From contig OX597821.1 of the NCBI GenBank assembly GCA_951406725.2, forward strand, positions 73,098,001-73,162,000: DNA of 64,000 nt, in the 5' to 3' direction. Shown here piece after piece: positions 14,516 to 27,391 of the stretch. Under the pieces are notes generated by a model. The model saw only the letters and a list, made by a program, of their open reading frames with translations. It was not told the origin of the DNA and did not search any database. Each line of letters begins with the position of its first letter. Within the stretch, counting starts at the first letter, position 1. The stretch comes from Octopus vulgaris. Its lineage: Eukaryota. A program made the position numbers and the translations under genes.

Positions 14516-14629
14516 AAACAATAAAACCTCGTCTGTTCTAAATGTTTTAATTTCTCCGAATAAGGGTTGAGGCAACCAACTTACTGATCTACTTCGTTTC
14601 ACGTTGATCCAAATGGCAAAAAGGAGTTA

Positions 14630-14795
14630 TACCCGTCTTTCAAAGGGGCCAGCCTTGCTACATGCTGTGTCATCTCCCTGAGAACTACGTTAAAGGTGCG
14701 CGTGTCTGTGGAGAACTCGGCCACTTGCACGTTAATTTCGCGAGCAGGCTGTTCCGTTGATCGGATCAAGTGGAGCACTTGACATCATGACCAAC
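14630..14795 (+). mobile_element. Isolated SINE tail T1
   Basis: ctccctgagaactacgttaaaggtgcgcgtgtctgtgg...gttccgttgatcggatcaa matches the tail of the 3281 copy. Confidence 0.85.
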
Positions 14796-15442
14796 AGAAT
14801 ATGAGTTTTTGTTTGCTTTTTTTTAATCCCAACACCTGACTTAATGTACCACCTCGCTAGGTACAATGCCCTTCTGTATAACCAGAGATTGGGTATCGAT
14901 TTGAATCGATTGAAACTAGCTTACTGCATTAAAAGCATTTATTTGTTTCGCTCTTATTCGAAATAAATGTCAAGCATTCTTAAATTAACTGGGAATGGCG
15001 AAGCAGTTAAGTCGTTACCGTAAAAGATTACATCTCGTTCTCTCTTCTTTATTCTGTTCCATTGTTTCCAAATTATGGCACCGACAATTATCTTCTAATA
15101 AATAATTGAACTTTTAAAGCAGCATTAAAATTACTTGTCTGGTCCCGGTCAAAACGACGGGGTTTATTTTTGCTTTTTTTCCAGAAATTCTTAATTATTA
15201 TTTTGGCTTCATTTGCTTCTAGTGCTTTCTTTCATTTATTCTTATTTTGTCATCTTCTACTCTCATTCTTTATTCTCAGTGATTCACATAATTTGCTTCT
15301 TTACACCCCCACCCCCGGGCCAACCATATATATTTATAATATTTATATATTTCATTCTCTTCTCTCAATCAGACACTTCCCACTACTTTCTCATCATTTA
15401 CCACGGTTTCAAATCATTTATTAATTCCTTTCTTTCTTTTCT

Positions 15443-15486
<44 letters not shown>

Positions 15487-15731
15487 TTCATATCTAGCAT
15501 TCGCTCACTTTCTATACGGGTATTATTTTATCCCGTTGCCTCTCTAAACTCTCTTCTATTCTATACAGCTTCTCCTCTTACATGTGCTGCCTCCGTCGCT
15601 TCCCATCTCTCCTCGATTACATCGACACCCACCATTCACCCTCGGCGACATTTGAACCCAGAACATAAACACGGACGAAATGTCGTTAAGCATTTTGGCC
15701 GGTGTGTTAACGATTCTGTCAGTTTGCCGCC

Positions 15732-15960
<229 letters not shown>

Positions 15961-16275
15961 AAAGTCGATAGGTTTGAAAGGTTAGCTTGGGTGGTAAAGC
16001 AGTTGTGGTCGATGAAAAAAGTGATAGTAGTAGTACCAATAATTGTCGGAGCCCTAGGAACAGTGAGTAAAAATCTCGAGAAGTACATGGAACAATCCTT
16101 ATTCAGGGACCTTTTGAGCGGGATGGGCTACTCGACCAGAAAAAAATTCTAACTGGACCCCACCTGCAAGGTCATGCGCTTTTAATCTTGATATAAGATC
16201 ACAATGTCGCGCACATATGGTTGTGATGCATGCACCTTGTGTACCATTATCAGACGGGTAGCCATGATGGGTATA

Positions 16276-16487
16276 GCTGGCAGAAACGTTAGCACGCTTA
16301 ACGGTATTTCGTCTGCCGCTGCGTTCTGAGTTCAAATTCCGCCGAGGTCGACTTTGCCTTTCATCCTTTCGGGGTCGATAAATTAAGCACCAGTTACGCG
16401 CTGGGGTCGATGTAATCGACTTAATCCGTTCGTCTGTCCTTGTTTGTCCCCTCTGTGTTTAGCCCCTTGTGGGTAGTAAACAAATAA
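16276..16487 (+). mobile_element. SINE family B (long-tail variant), probably nested in another repeat
   Basis: Near-consensus body with a tail tgtttgtcccctctgtgtttagccccttgtggg. Flanked by gtata at 16271-16275 and 16488-16492. Confidence 0.9.
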
Positions 16488-17259
16488 GTATACTAGGCTT
16501 CGTATATTTATACCCTAGTGTCACTTTGATAGCATGCTCTGCTCTCTCATTCAATAACAATAATGATAATTTGTTACATTAATAGAAGGCTAGAAAAATT
16601 TGGGTTACGATAGATTGCATCCACCTCCGCCCTTAATTAGTGCATATCGAATTCCGGAGGTAGCGGTGGTAGTGAGAGGTAAATTCGATCAGGGCTGGAT
16701 TTGAAGGACATAAACAGGGGAAGGTAAAAGTGTTCAGTTTATTCAAATATTCTACTTTCAATTGGAATTTTTTAAAAATTCATAAAATTGCAGTCATCTG
16801 ACCCTTTTCGATACCATCTCTGATTTCACTTAGTTTTTCCCTTCTTATTGCGAAATAATTCAATACCTGTTAAAGCTTTCCAAAGTTTATTGGCTCAGAA
16901 CTCACTTGAGGCAAATACATGTCATGGATCTCTGTAAAAGCTATACGGAATTTAAAAGATACTTTCTGTAAAATAAAATTCTTTAGAAACACGATTTCGA
17001 ATTTTTTTTTTCTGTAACCATGCAGCGGAACCGATAAGTTTGTATTACACCTTAATAATTCCGCAATTTCTCTCTTCGTTAAAAGGAAATAATACTCTCT
17101 GAATCGCAATCCCCAAAGACTATCACGGCTTTAGTTATGATCGAAGACTTAATTTATTTTTGATATCCTTGAATTGATTGATTTCCTAAAACAAGAATCA
17201 AATTTAGTGAGGAATAGATGCCTTTCTCAAGAGTGTTGGGGGGACGTGAAGTGAAATGT

Positions 17260-17432
17260 TGACACAAGTCTGGCAATTTCGTGAGAGGGGCTAAGTCGAT
17301 TACATCGACCCCAGTTCTTAACAGGTACTTATTTTATCAATGCCAAAAGGATGAAAGGTAAAGTCGACTTCAGCGGAATTTGCACTCAGAACGTAAAGAC
17401 GGACGAAATACCGCTAAGCATTTTGTCGCCGC
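17260..17432 (-). mobile_element. SINE family B
   Basis: Reverse-complement core aagtcgattacatcgacccc..ggatgaaagg..ctcagaacgtaaagacggacgaaataccgctaagca. Confidence 0.88.
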
Positions 17433-17975
17433 TTTTGTGAAGTAAAATATTAACTGCTAGAAGTCGAAACTTTAGTGGTGCTTAACTCTATTCGCGAGTT
17501 GTTGCCATGAAACTCTGGTGCATTTGTCGACTTGTTGCCTCGTACTCAGCATTGCTGTTCTGTAGAAATATTCTTTCATTGAATATAAGAGTGAAGAAAA
17601 ACTACTTTCCAGACGAAGGTTTTTGCTTGTAATACAGCAGATAATTTTCTAAGGAATAGTAGCAGAATTAGAGAAATGGAATTGATTCGATCTGGAATCA
17701 AAGATCCCATTTTTTAGATTCAGTTTCACAACGTTACCACTGTTGATCGTGGATAACTCGAGGGACCTTATTTGGTTGCCAGACATTTTGAAGACACGAC
17801 CTTCTTGCATTCAACATAGGAATGGCAGTGGAATTATTCCATATTGTTTTCCTAAGGTTAAGGAAGAGTTGAACCTGGGACGGCAAGTTCACGAAGCTGC
17901 AGGTGCACGGAGTGCTTCTATTACTTTCAGTGACGAGTCATAACACACTGTGGCCTTGTTCCAAAAGTAGAAGTA

Positions 17976-18223
17976 ATCATCATCATCATCATCATCACCA
18001 TCATCACCATCAAAACCACCACCACCACCACCACCACCACCGCCACCACCACATCATCATCATCATCACCATCATCCCCACCATCACCACCACCACCATC
18101 ATCATCATTACCATCACCATCATCACCACCACCACCACCACCATCATCATCATTATCACCATCATCATCACCATCATCATCATCATCATTATCATCATCA
18201 TTATCATCATCACCATCATCACC

Positions 18224-18255
<32 letters not shown>

Positions 18256-18300
18256 CATCATCACCACCACCACCACCACCACCACCACCACCACCACCAT
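17976..18300. repeat. Mixed (CAT/CAC)n trinucleotide array
   Basis: Directly visible. It is the source of the poly-His, poly-Asp/Gly and poly-Met ORFs. Confidence 0.97.
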
Positions 18301-18441
18301 TTGTTTTTGTTTTTGTTGGACATGTTTTCACTTCATTCTTAGCATTCTACACTTTTACCAGATGAAACTATTTTTTGAAAAATGCTTTCTATGCTGTTGT
18401 CTTACATAAAGAGTATGTGTGTGTGTCTTTATATGCATGTC

Positions 18442-18477
<36 letters not shown>

Positions 18478-18579
18478 TATGATTTAATAGGCAGAGACAA
18501 AGAGACAAACATGATTGATAACAGAAGTAAAGAATTCTCAATTTGATCACAAATCATCCTAAAACACAAAACCAATTAC

Positions 18580-18611
<32 letters not shown>

Positions 18612-18647
18612 AGAATCGTTTTAATCTTTTAATTGTCTGAATATATA

Positions 18648-18793
<146 letters not shown>

Positions 18794-19509
18794 GTATTAT
18801 TTTTGTCGCTTGCCTTCAGGTAAGACTGCAGCTAGAAATTAAAACGAGTAGGTTTTAATTTAAACGTATTTTATATTAAAAACATGCTTGAAAACACACA
18901 ACTACTTTTAATCAGTTCAACTGTGGCAGTTTTGATTAAATGTCTTTCGACACAAACTGTCTTTCGTGTTTTATCGTAAAAGGATTAACAGCAAATTGAC
19001 TTCAGGTTTTGTTAGTTTTTGTGTATCTCTTTGTAATTAATTCCTAGACTTGTTAAAAGTTGTGTTTTTTTATTTATTTATCTGTTTGTTGTTTTGTTCA
19101 TTTCGTCAATTGAAGAAAGAGTCAACGTATTGAGACTGTTTCGTTTTTTGAAAAGTCGAAGAATTTTGTTGCTTCAACACAAGATAAAAATTCAAATGAC
19201 AAATGAAATTGTTTGTAAGGTATCAACGAAGATCAGGGGCGACGGAGGGTCGCGAGAGTGTAGGATAGAATGTTTCTTTTTTTATTTATATATATTTCTT
19301 CTGGTTCTCTGTGTTCTCGGTTCAAATCCTATCAAAGGCAATTTAGATTTTCAACACTTCGAGGGTCGACAAAGTACTTCACAAGTACTGGAGTCGATCA
19401 CTTCCCCCACACCCAACACCCTCTCGGTTTTTCATGGAGTCAGCTATATAAAGGGGCGAAGAAAGACGCCCTCACCTCGTGGCCCTTACCAAGTCTTTCA
19501 GTCCTGTGA

Positions 19510-19596
<87 letters not shown>

Positions 19597-22479
19597 GGCA
19601 AAGATTAGAATAATTAGAATCACTGTCTGCTCATCAAGCCTTTTTAAAGCAAACGAACATAAACAGAAATATTTTCGACAAACATTGAACAGCAAAATAT
19701 ACCCGATTGCATGATGGGAGTTTATATATTTTGTAGTGAAATGTCGGAATTAAAGAAGGTGTCGGGAAAAATACCTTGGGGGGGGTCTTTGGTTACGTTA
19801 CTTTACGTTCGCGTTACAAATTCCTCTGGGACCGACTTTGCTTTTCATCATTCAGTGATCGATGTCATTGATCGCTGCCAAAATCAGAAAAGTCGATGTC
19901 TTGTGCATCCGTAAGAAACTAATTCTGTTTACGCTGTTACAAGATCCGTAGAAGTAAAGGGCTACGGTTAAATGTTCTTTTGTATTTCGAGTTCAAATCT
20001 AACCGAGGTTGTCTTAGTTTTTATTCCTCGATCTGATCGATAAAGTAAATACCAGCCACGTACTGGGGTCGATGTTAGCAAAATTCGTGGTGGTCTTGTG
20101 CCTGAGTAAGAATCCTTCTTTTTACATTTTCAATAAGCACCACTTATATAGTGAGGGTTCACATCAATTCACTATTATCACCCCTTCTCTCCATCCTCCT
20201 CCTCCTTCTCTTCCTTCCTTTCCTCTTTCGCTTCCTCCTCTTACACTTTGTAACGTTTTGACAATATAAGAAATCATTATTTCGACCATTGTCGCCATTA
20301 ACGGAGAGCGAAACGCAACAAGTAAGCAAGCTCTCAGCAAGATGAAATTGCGACGAGGTTTCAATCCCTTGCTATTCATTTATGCTGTTAAAGGTCTTGG
20401 GAACGATGGAATAATCTCAACATTTCATTTCTCATGTCCCTGAAATTCAGAATATTCTATGCCTAATGGAAAAGAAGCTATAAATATTGGAACGACAACA
20501 GAGCTTCTTTCTATGACAGCCAAAACAGGGACTTGATTTCAATTCCTGTTTAGCATAAATGTTACATTACAAATCGTTGAGAAGGGAATGAATACCATTC
20601 GATCTCTCTGTTCCCTCCCCTTAAGAAATCAGTGGTTTTGTATTTTTGCAAGATATCACTGTATATAAATTACAATTTCGGAACATTTCATCTGCTGTAT
20701 TTTAATCTCCCCAGGAATCGAACCTCTGGTGGATCAATAGCTTATCAAAGAATGGAATGATGTGCTTCTCAAACACTTAATAAGGCTAATTCTTAGATAG
20801 GCATCCGTACCTCTCACCAATATCATAGAATATATTTCAGGAGTAGGTGATGTATTCAAGAAGAACCTGTAGTAGATAGATCCTACTGAAATTATTGACC
20901 ATTCATAATAGTCCTAAATTCCTCTCCAAATACCCCTCCAAATATCTCGTATTTTGAGTTCGAGTTGCACCGAGGTCAATTTGCTTTTCATCTTTCACGG
21001 AGAGGACTTTTCGTTAGCGTGTCGTACGAGGTGCCTTATGAAAATTATTCTTTCCTTTCTGAGTTCAATTCCTGCCATGGCTTGCTTGTTTGATAGACTT
21101 TATCCTTCCCCTGACTGAACTCAGCTATCCGACCTTTCAGCGAAATCCACTTTCTTATAATCATTCGAACAATGACACCTTCCTCTATAGCTCTCTCTCA
21201 ACTCCCTTAAAAAAAGTCATGTGTTTTACTTTCTCTTCTGAGTAAACGATAATAATAAGTCCGATGTTCGAAAAAAAATTCCATCTTAGTGGAATTTGAA
21301 CTCGGAATATACTGGTACAAAGCTAAATATTATAGCCCCGACTTTCTATCATTTCTATAACTACACTTCCTTAATCACCATAGTAACGTAATAACATCAA
21401 CACGTCAAGAATATTTTAGGGAGACGCTATTGTAAATGTATTTGAAACACGAACGAAATTCCCTAAAAATTCCTCTTTATTCATCAACAGTGGAAACGAA
21501 AACCGAAAATAGTGAATCATACCAAACGGATGAAAATTAAAAGAAACATTAGAAGACAACGTTTAGCATTGGATCCATTCTGGTGAATGTTCTTGGAAAA
21601 AAGAAAAACTACCATCAATAGCAGAAGAGAGAAAGTAGAAGAAAAAACAAACATGAAACGAAATGAAAAACCAGATGCCCGAGGGTGGGGCTGAGTGAAA
21701 TTGAATGAGAAAATGAGTTGAAGAATTATCTCAGAAGATTGAGGAAGGAAAGAAATGCAATCGACTTTCTCCCCGTTCGGAGATCCTGGCCTTGCATCTA
21801 AATTAGAAACAATATTTTAATGGGTTTTTTTTTTTTCGAAAGCTTCTAAAATATCTATTAACGGATATCATTCTGTTCCCTATAATTTCATAACATTACT
21901 GTATATGAATAGGGTCAGTGAGACACTAACAGACAGACTGACCCTGCAATTTTCAATAGCGCAGAGTTAACATGTAAAACAAAACAAAAGAAAAACGAAG
22001 TCGCCATCTTTTTTCTTTCCCAAAATTTCGTGAAGTGAAGGTGGTGGTGGTGGGGATCTAGTTGGAGAAACTGAAAGGCGGAAAGAATACTGAACTGGTT
22101 GTATATCCTGACAGATGACTGATGGTGACTGCTTTTATTGATCGCATGTTAACCTTCACAATTGATCAGTGAACCGTTTCTAATTTATTGAAGAACAATT
22201 TACAGAGATTTCTTCTTCCGTTTTCTTTTTTTAATTTCGTTTCTTTTTTTTCCCATCCCCCGCGCTCCCCCTAACCCCTCGGCTCACTCACATTTTCGTT
22301 TGACTCCTTTTATTTTACTTTTTCTCTCATCTTTTCTTTCCTTGGATAAATAGTAATTGAAGAGTTCGCTCAAAATTAGATTACACACGCACACACACAC
22401 ACATGCATAAACACACATATATATATATATAATATATATATATACATATATTTATACACACACAAACACACAGGCACAC

Positions 22480-22540
<61 letters not shown>

Positions 22541-22559
22541 GTGTATATATATATGTGTT

Positions 22560-22617
<58 letters not shown>

Positions 22618-22619
<2 letters not shown>

Positions 22620-22890
22620 GAAGGCTCATGGCCTAGTGGTTACAGCAGCGGACTCGCGGTCGAGGGATCGCGGGTTCGAGTCTCAGACCGGGCGATGTAT
22701 GTGTTTATGAGCGAAACACCTATCTCCACGCGGCTCCGGCAGAGGGTAATGGCGAACTTCTGCTGACTCTTTCGCCACAACTTTCTCTCACTCTTTCCTC
22801 CTGCATCTTGCAGCTCCCCTGCGACGGACCGCCGTCTCGTCCAGGTGGGGAATCTATACGCCAAGGAAACCGGGAAACTGGCCCTTATGA
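22618..22890 (+). mobile_element. tRNA-Arg-like SINE, head H1 + tail T2
   Basis: A box tggcctagtgg, an anticodon-like arm gac-tcgcg-gtc and B box ggttcgagtct. The tail cctgcgacggaccgccgtctcgtccagg..ggaaaccgggaaactggccc is shared with 26448. Confidence 0.9.
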
Positions 22891-23376
22891 ACACACACAC
22901 ACAGAGTTATTTGTTAACCTTACTTTTGTCATCACGAAATGCTTGTCTGAGGTTTTACTCGTTTAGTCATCATCTCATTCTCGTCGTCCTCCTCTTCATC
23001 ATCATCATAGTCATCATCATTCTCACCGCCCCCATCACCATTGTATTCTAACAAAAATAAACGGTATTTGGAAAGAATTCCATTGAAGCACATTTATCAT
23101 TGGGTCTTCAGAATTACTTTCTCATAAACTATAGTTTAAAGGGGCCATAATAATTTTCGAATATTCTGGAAACGATAAAAGAAAGTTTGGAGTTTGTTGG
23201 TTATGGCACCAGTTACCAAGTTATCTTCTTGGTTTGTTAATTTCAATGAAAATTATTTCATAATAATTTATCTTTATTCCGAACTTAAGGAAATTGAGGA
23301 AAAACGCCCCAATTGCATCTACTAAAAAAAGACAACAAAAAAATTGTCATGAAGACATTAGGCGCAGGAAGACATA

Positions 23377-23772
23377 GGCGCAGGAGTGGCTGTGTGGTAA
23401 GTAGCTTGCTAACCAACCACATGGTTCCGGGTTCAGTCCCACTGTGTGGCATCTTGGGCAAGTGTCTTCTGCTATAGCCCCAGGCCGACCAATGCCTTGT
23501 GAGTGGATTTGGTAGACGGAAACTGAAAGAAGCCTGTCGTATATATGTATATATATATATATGTGTGTGTGTTTGTGTGTCTGTGTTTGTCCCCCTAGCA
23601 TCGCTTGACAACCGATGCTGGTGTGTTTACGTCCCCGTCACTTAGCGGTTCGGTAAAAAAGAGACCGATAGAATAAGTACTGGGCTTACAAAGAATAAGT
23701 CCCGGGGTCGAGTTGCTCGATTAAAGGCGGTGCTCCAGCATGGCCGCAGTCAAATGACTGAAACAAGTAAAA
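23377..23772 (+). mobile_element. Full-length SINE family A (tRNA head, CORE-like domain, internal microsatellite)
   Basis: Reads ggcgcaggagtggctgtgtgg, then B box ggttcagtccc and cttgggcaagtg. It has an internal (TA/TG)n and ends gactgaaacaagtaaaag. It is near-identical to 45803. Confidence 0.95.
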
Positions 23773-24283
23773 GGGAAAGAGAAAGAGTTTCTCATAACAA
23801 GGAACTATGCCAGATATTTTTGGGTGATGGAAACGACAGATTGAGGTGTTTTGTTTATTTTTTCCGTGGATGTTGTTGATGTTTAGTCGTGAGTCCTCTC
23901 TTTGAGCAGGTGTATTATCAAATGATAGAATCAATCAATCAATCAATCAAATGGGTTTAAGCTGTAATTGCCCCATCTTTTCCTATATCTATCAAAAACA
24001 ACATCGTCCCACATAAATTCTTCCTTGGATTTGAGGAAGATTTGGAGGCATTTTCTAGCAAGTCGTGCAACTGCGTAGAGACTTCCTCATCAGATGTTAG
24101 CAAATTTTTTTATTTATTTATATATAATTTGTCAGAAGCAAGATTGTCTTTAACCTCCCGGCATGGACAGAGTCAATTGTTAGAATATCGAAGTTCTAAC
24201 TTTCACTCAATTGGTTGAATGTTTACAAAAGCTCGTTAATCATCCATTCCCATGCGATTTGCTACTTCCTTCTACATATCAGG

Positions 24284-24849
24284 ACCTGTGAAGTAGATAT
24301 TACTGGCAGTCATTACGAGCAGCGGTGTTGCGGTTTATAGAGGAGAGAGACATACATTTAACCTGATAGGAAAGATAGGAAAGATATACTTATATCTGAA
24401 TGTACTGAGCCAATCTATGTTAAAATTTTGTTTTTTATACAATGGCACATCACATTACTGGCCAAAGAGTACTAACAGTGCGTACTTTGGTGCTCTAAAA
24501 CTCTAACAGAATGCCAGTCCGTTGATGAACGTGGCTCGAAGTCAAGTCGTGTGCGAGAGAAGAAAATGAGAACGGCCATCGGTGGGATTAAAGTAGATAG
24601 TCATAAACTGGATAGATCGATTGAATATTGATCACTGATCTTTTCAGTCGATGTTTTTCGGGTTAGATGTCTGTTCATGATAGTCATTGTTACTCATTGC
24701 TCCGTACACAGTTCGAACGCAGACATTTCTAAATTCGACAATAACAAGTACAATTTATCTTTCCTATCAGGTTAAATGTATGTCTCTCTCCTCTATAAAC
24801 CGCAACACCGCTGCTTGTAATGGCTGCAAGCAATATCTACTTCACAGGT
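24284..24849. mobile_element. Fold-back or MITE-like element with about 94-bp inverted arms
   Basis: 24284-24377 is the reverse complement of about 24757-24849 with four mismatches. No clear TSD was seen. Confidence 0.75.
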
Positions 24850-25469
24850 GTAGAAGCAAATAAAGAAATTAAAGCCAAAATCTCTCTCTCCCTCTCTCTC
24901 TCTCTCCATTCTCCCCCCTCTTTCTCTTTCAATGATTTGTATTTATGTCTGCTGCTACATACTTTTTCTGCAAGCGTACAAAGTGCAAACATAAAAACAA
25001 TCAAGGAAATTATTCTTCTAAATCATCAAATACACGCCATTGGGCACGTGACTGTCTTTGATGTTTATCAGAAATAGAACATTTTATCAGAGATATTTCG
25101 AAAAACTATTTTGCTGTTCGCTTTGTTACATTCGACATTCTAGTTGCAAGGAAAGTGAATACTCTTGAAGGTTAAATATTTTAGATCAGAAGTTTTCGAT
25201 GTTGTTTTTGATCATGTAAGGAAATGTGTGTATTTTTCACGACGGTGAGACGTCGTTACACTTACTGTGAATTGCCGCCACCTTGGAATTCCGTATCTCA
25301 TTATATTCTCTTGCGATCCATTAACCGTTATGAATAATGATATAAAATAAGGAGCCTTGAGAATATGGTACAAGGTCGACGGTTGCAGAGTATTTGAACT
25401 TTTTCTTTTAAGTTTAAATTACGCCATAGGTTACCTTGCAGTTTATTTTTCCTGAATGGATAAAAAAAA

Positions 25470-25686
25470 AAATGGTTTCAAGTTTTGGAAGAAGGAGGGT
25501 GATTTTGATTTCGGGGAAAGAGTTAAGTCGACGACATCGACCCCAGTGCTCAACTGGTACTTATTTTATCGACCCCGAAACGATGAAAGGCAAAGTTGAT
25601 CGCGGAAGAATTTGAAATTTGAACTCAAAACGTAATGCCGCTGCGTAGTTTGCCCGGGGTGCTAACCATTCTGCTACGCCGCCGCC
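25470..25686 (-). mobile_element. SINE family B
   Basis: Reads aagtcgacgacatcgaccccagtgctcaactggtacttattttatcgaccccgaaacgatgaaaggc...cgccgcc. Confidence 0.88.
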
Positions 25687-26153
25687 TATAAAATAATAAC
25701 CAATAATAACGCCTGAATCAATTTTATCATCGATAACCCTACCATACAAAAAATATCCCTTTGTCTTCAAGGGACAAACTAATGATATGCAAAGAAATGA
25801 CACCTGATGGACAAATAATTGGATAATCTTTTAGAAACGGATGCTGCTTCACGCGAGGTCAGCTTTGCTTCTCATCCCTACAGGGGTAAAATAAAGTACC
25901 AGTAAAGTATTTGGGTCAATATAATCGACTAATACCCATCCTCTCAAAATTTCTTGCCGTTGTTTAATCCTACACGTCTCAGTTTCGAATCGAAATCCCG
26001 CAGAAATTAACTTTGAACCTTGAACTCTTCTCGGTCAAAAAATTAATTCACTCGATCATATTTTTTCCTATGAAAACTTAGCTTTGTAACGCTGGAAAAC
26101 AAAACAATATGTCTTTGAAATTATTTATTTTGATTTTTTTTTTCTCATTTCAG

Positions 26154-26192
26154 CAAAATGCAGCAGACATAATCTCCATGCATGTCTCGGGG
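26154..26192 (+). CDS. Candidate 39-nt symmetric microexon (QNAADIISMHVSG in frame 0), unknown gene
   Basis: A long T-rich tract ends in tttctcatttcag and is followed by a consensus GGG/gtaagt donor. Length is divisible by 3 and the sequence is unique. Confidence 0.6.
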
Positions 26193-26447
26193 GTAAGTTG
26201 CTATCTTCTTATTTTCCTTCGTTGCAGCATCTTTTTAGCTTTTCTTTCTGACGACTTTCTACACTCGAACGGTAAGAATTACGAGGCACAAATGGGGGGG
26301 GGGGGGAGCCTATATGAAAAATAAGGAAGTTCGGAGTTGAACAATTAGCCGATGTGTCTGTGACTCAAAAACACTTACCTTTAACATGATTCGATCCATC
26401 TATCGTTGTGTCAGTGCCTCAGAATATGAGCAACTAATCGTTATATA

Positions 26448-26672
26448 GTGGAGGCGCGTGGCTTAGTGGTTAGGGGGTCAGCACCATGATCGTAAGATTG
26501 TGGTTTCGATACCTGGACCGGGCGACGCGTTGTGTTCTTGAGCAAAACACTTCATTTCACGTTGCGCCAGTCCACTCAGCTGGCAAAAATGAGTAACGCT
26601 GCTATGGACTGGCGTCCCGTCCAGCTGAGGAACATATAGGCCATGGAAACCGGGAAACCGGACCCATGAGCA
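26448..26672 (+). mobile_element. CORE-like SINE, head H2 + tail T2
   Basis: A box tggcttagtgg, B box gtttcgatacc and ttcttgagcaaaacacttc. The tail reads ggactggcgtcccgtccag..ggaaaccgggaaaccgg. Confidence 0.92.
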
Positions 26673-26683
26673 TTATAGGTTAT

Positions 26684-26726
<43 letters not shown>

Positions 26727-26756
26727 TACATATATATATATATGTATATGTATATG

Positions 26757-26816
<60 letters not shown>

Positions 26817-26822
26817 ACCTAT

Positions 26823-27085
26823 CTTTTCCTTGTTTCAGTCATTAGACTGCGACCATGCTGGGGCACCATCTTGGAGGCGTTTAGTCGAATGAATCAAGCC
26901 CAATACTTTATTATTATTATTATAGCCTGCTACTTATTCTATTGGTCCCTTAATCTTAACCGCTATGTTACGGGGATGTAAACACACCAACACCGGATGT
27001 CAAGCAGTTGTGAACAACAAAGACACACACACATGCATATATATACACAAACACACACACACTCACACACACACATATATTATAT

Positions 27086-27141
<56 letters not shown>

Positions 27142-27303
27142 GATGGGCTTCTTTTAGTTTCCGTCTACAAGATCCACTCACAAAGCCTTGATCAGCCCGA
27201 AGCTATAGTGGAACACACTTGCCCAAGGTGCCACAGAGTGGAACTAAACCTAGAACCATGGGGTTAGGAAGAAAACTTCTTGCCACTCATCCACGCTTGC
27301 GCC
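26823..27303 (-). mobile_element. SINE family A with expanded internal microsatellite
   Basis: Reverse complement of both halves of family A, separated by about 120 bp of (CA)/(TA). Confidence 0.9.
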
Positions 27304-27306
27304 TAA

Positions 27307-27391
<85 letters not shown>

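Noticed and set aside
17903-18409. His-rich or Asp/Gly-rich protein
   Set aside because: It is a CAT/CAC array open in multiple frames, with no convincing splice signals or unique coding flanks.
22618-22700. tRNA-Arg gene (likewise the other A/B-box heads)
   Set aside because: The acceptor stem is incomplete and the sequence continues into a SINE body shared with other copies.
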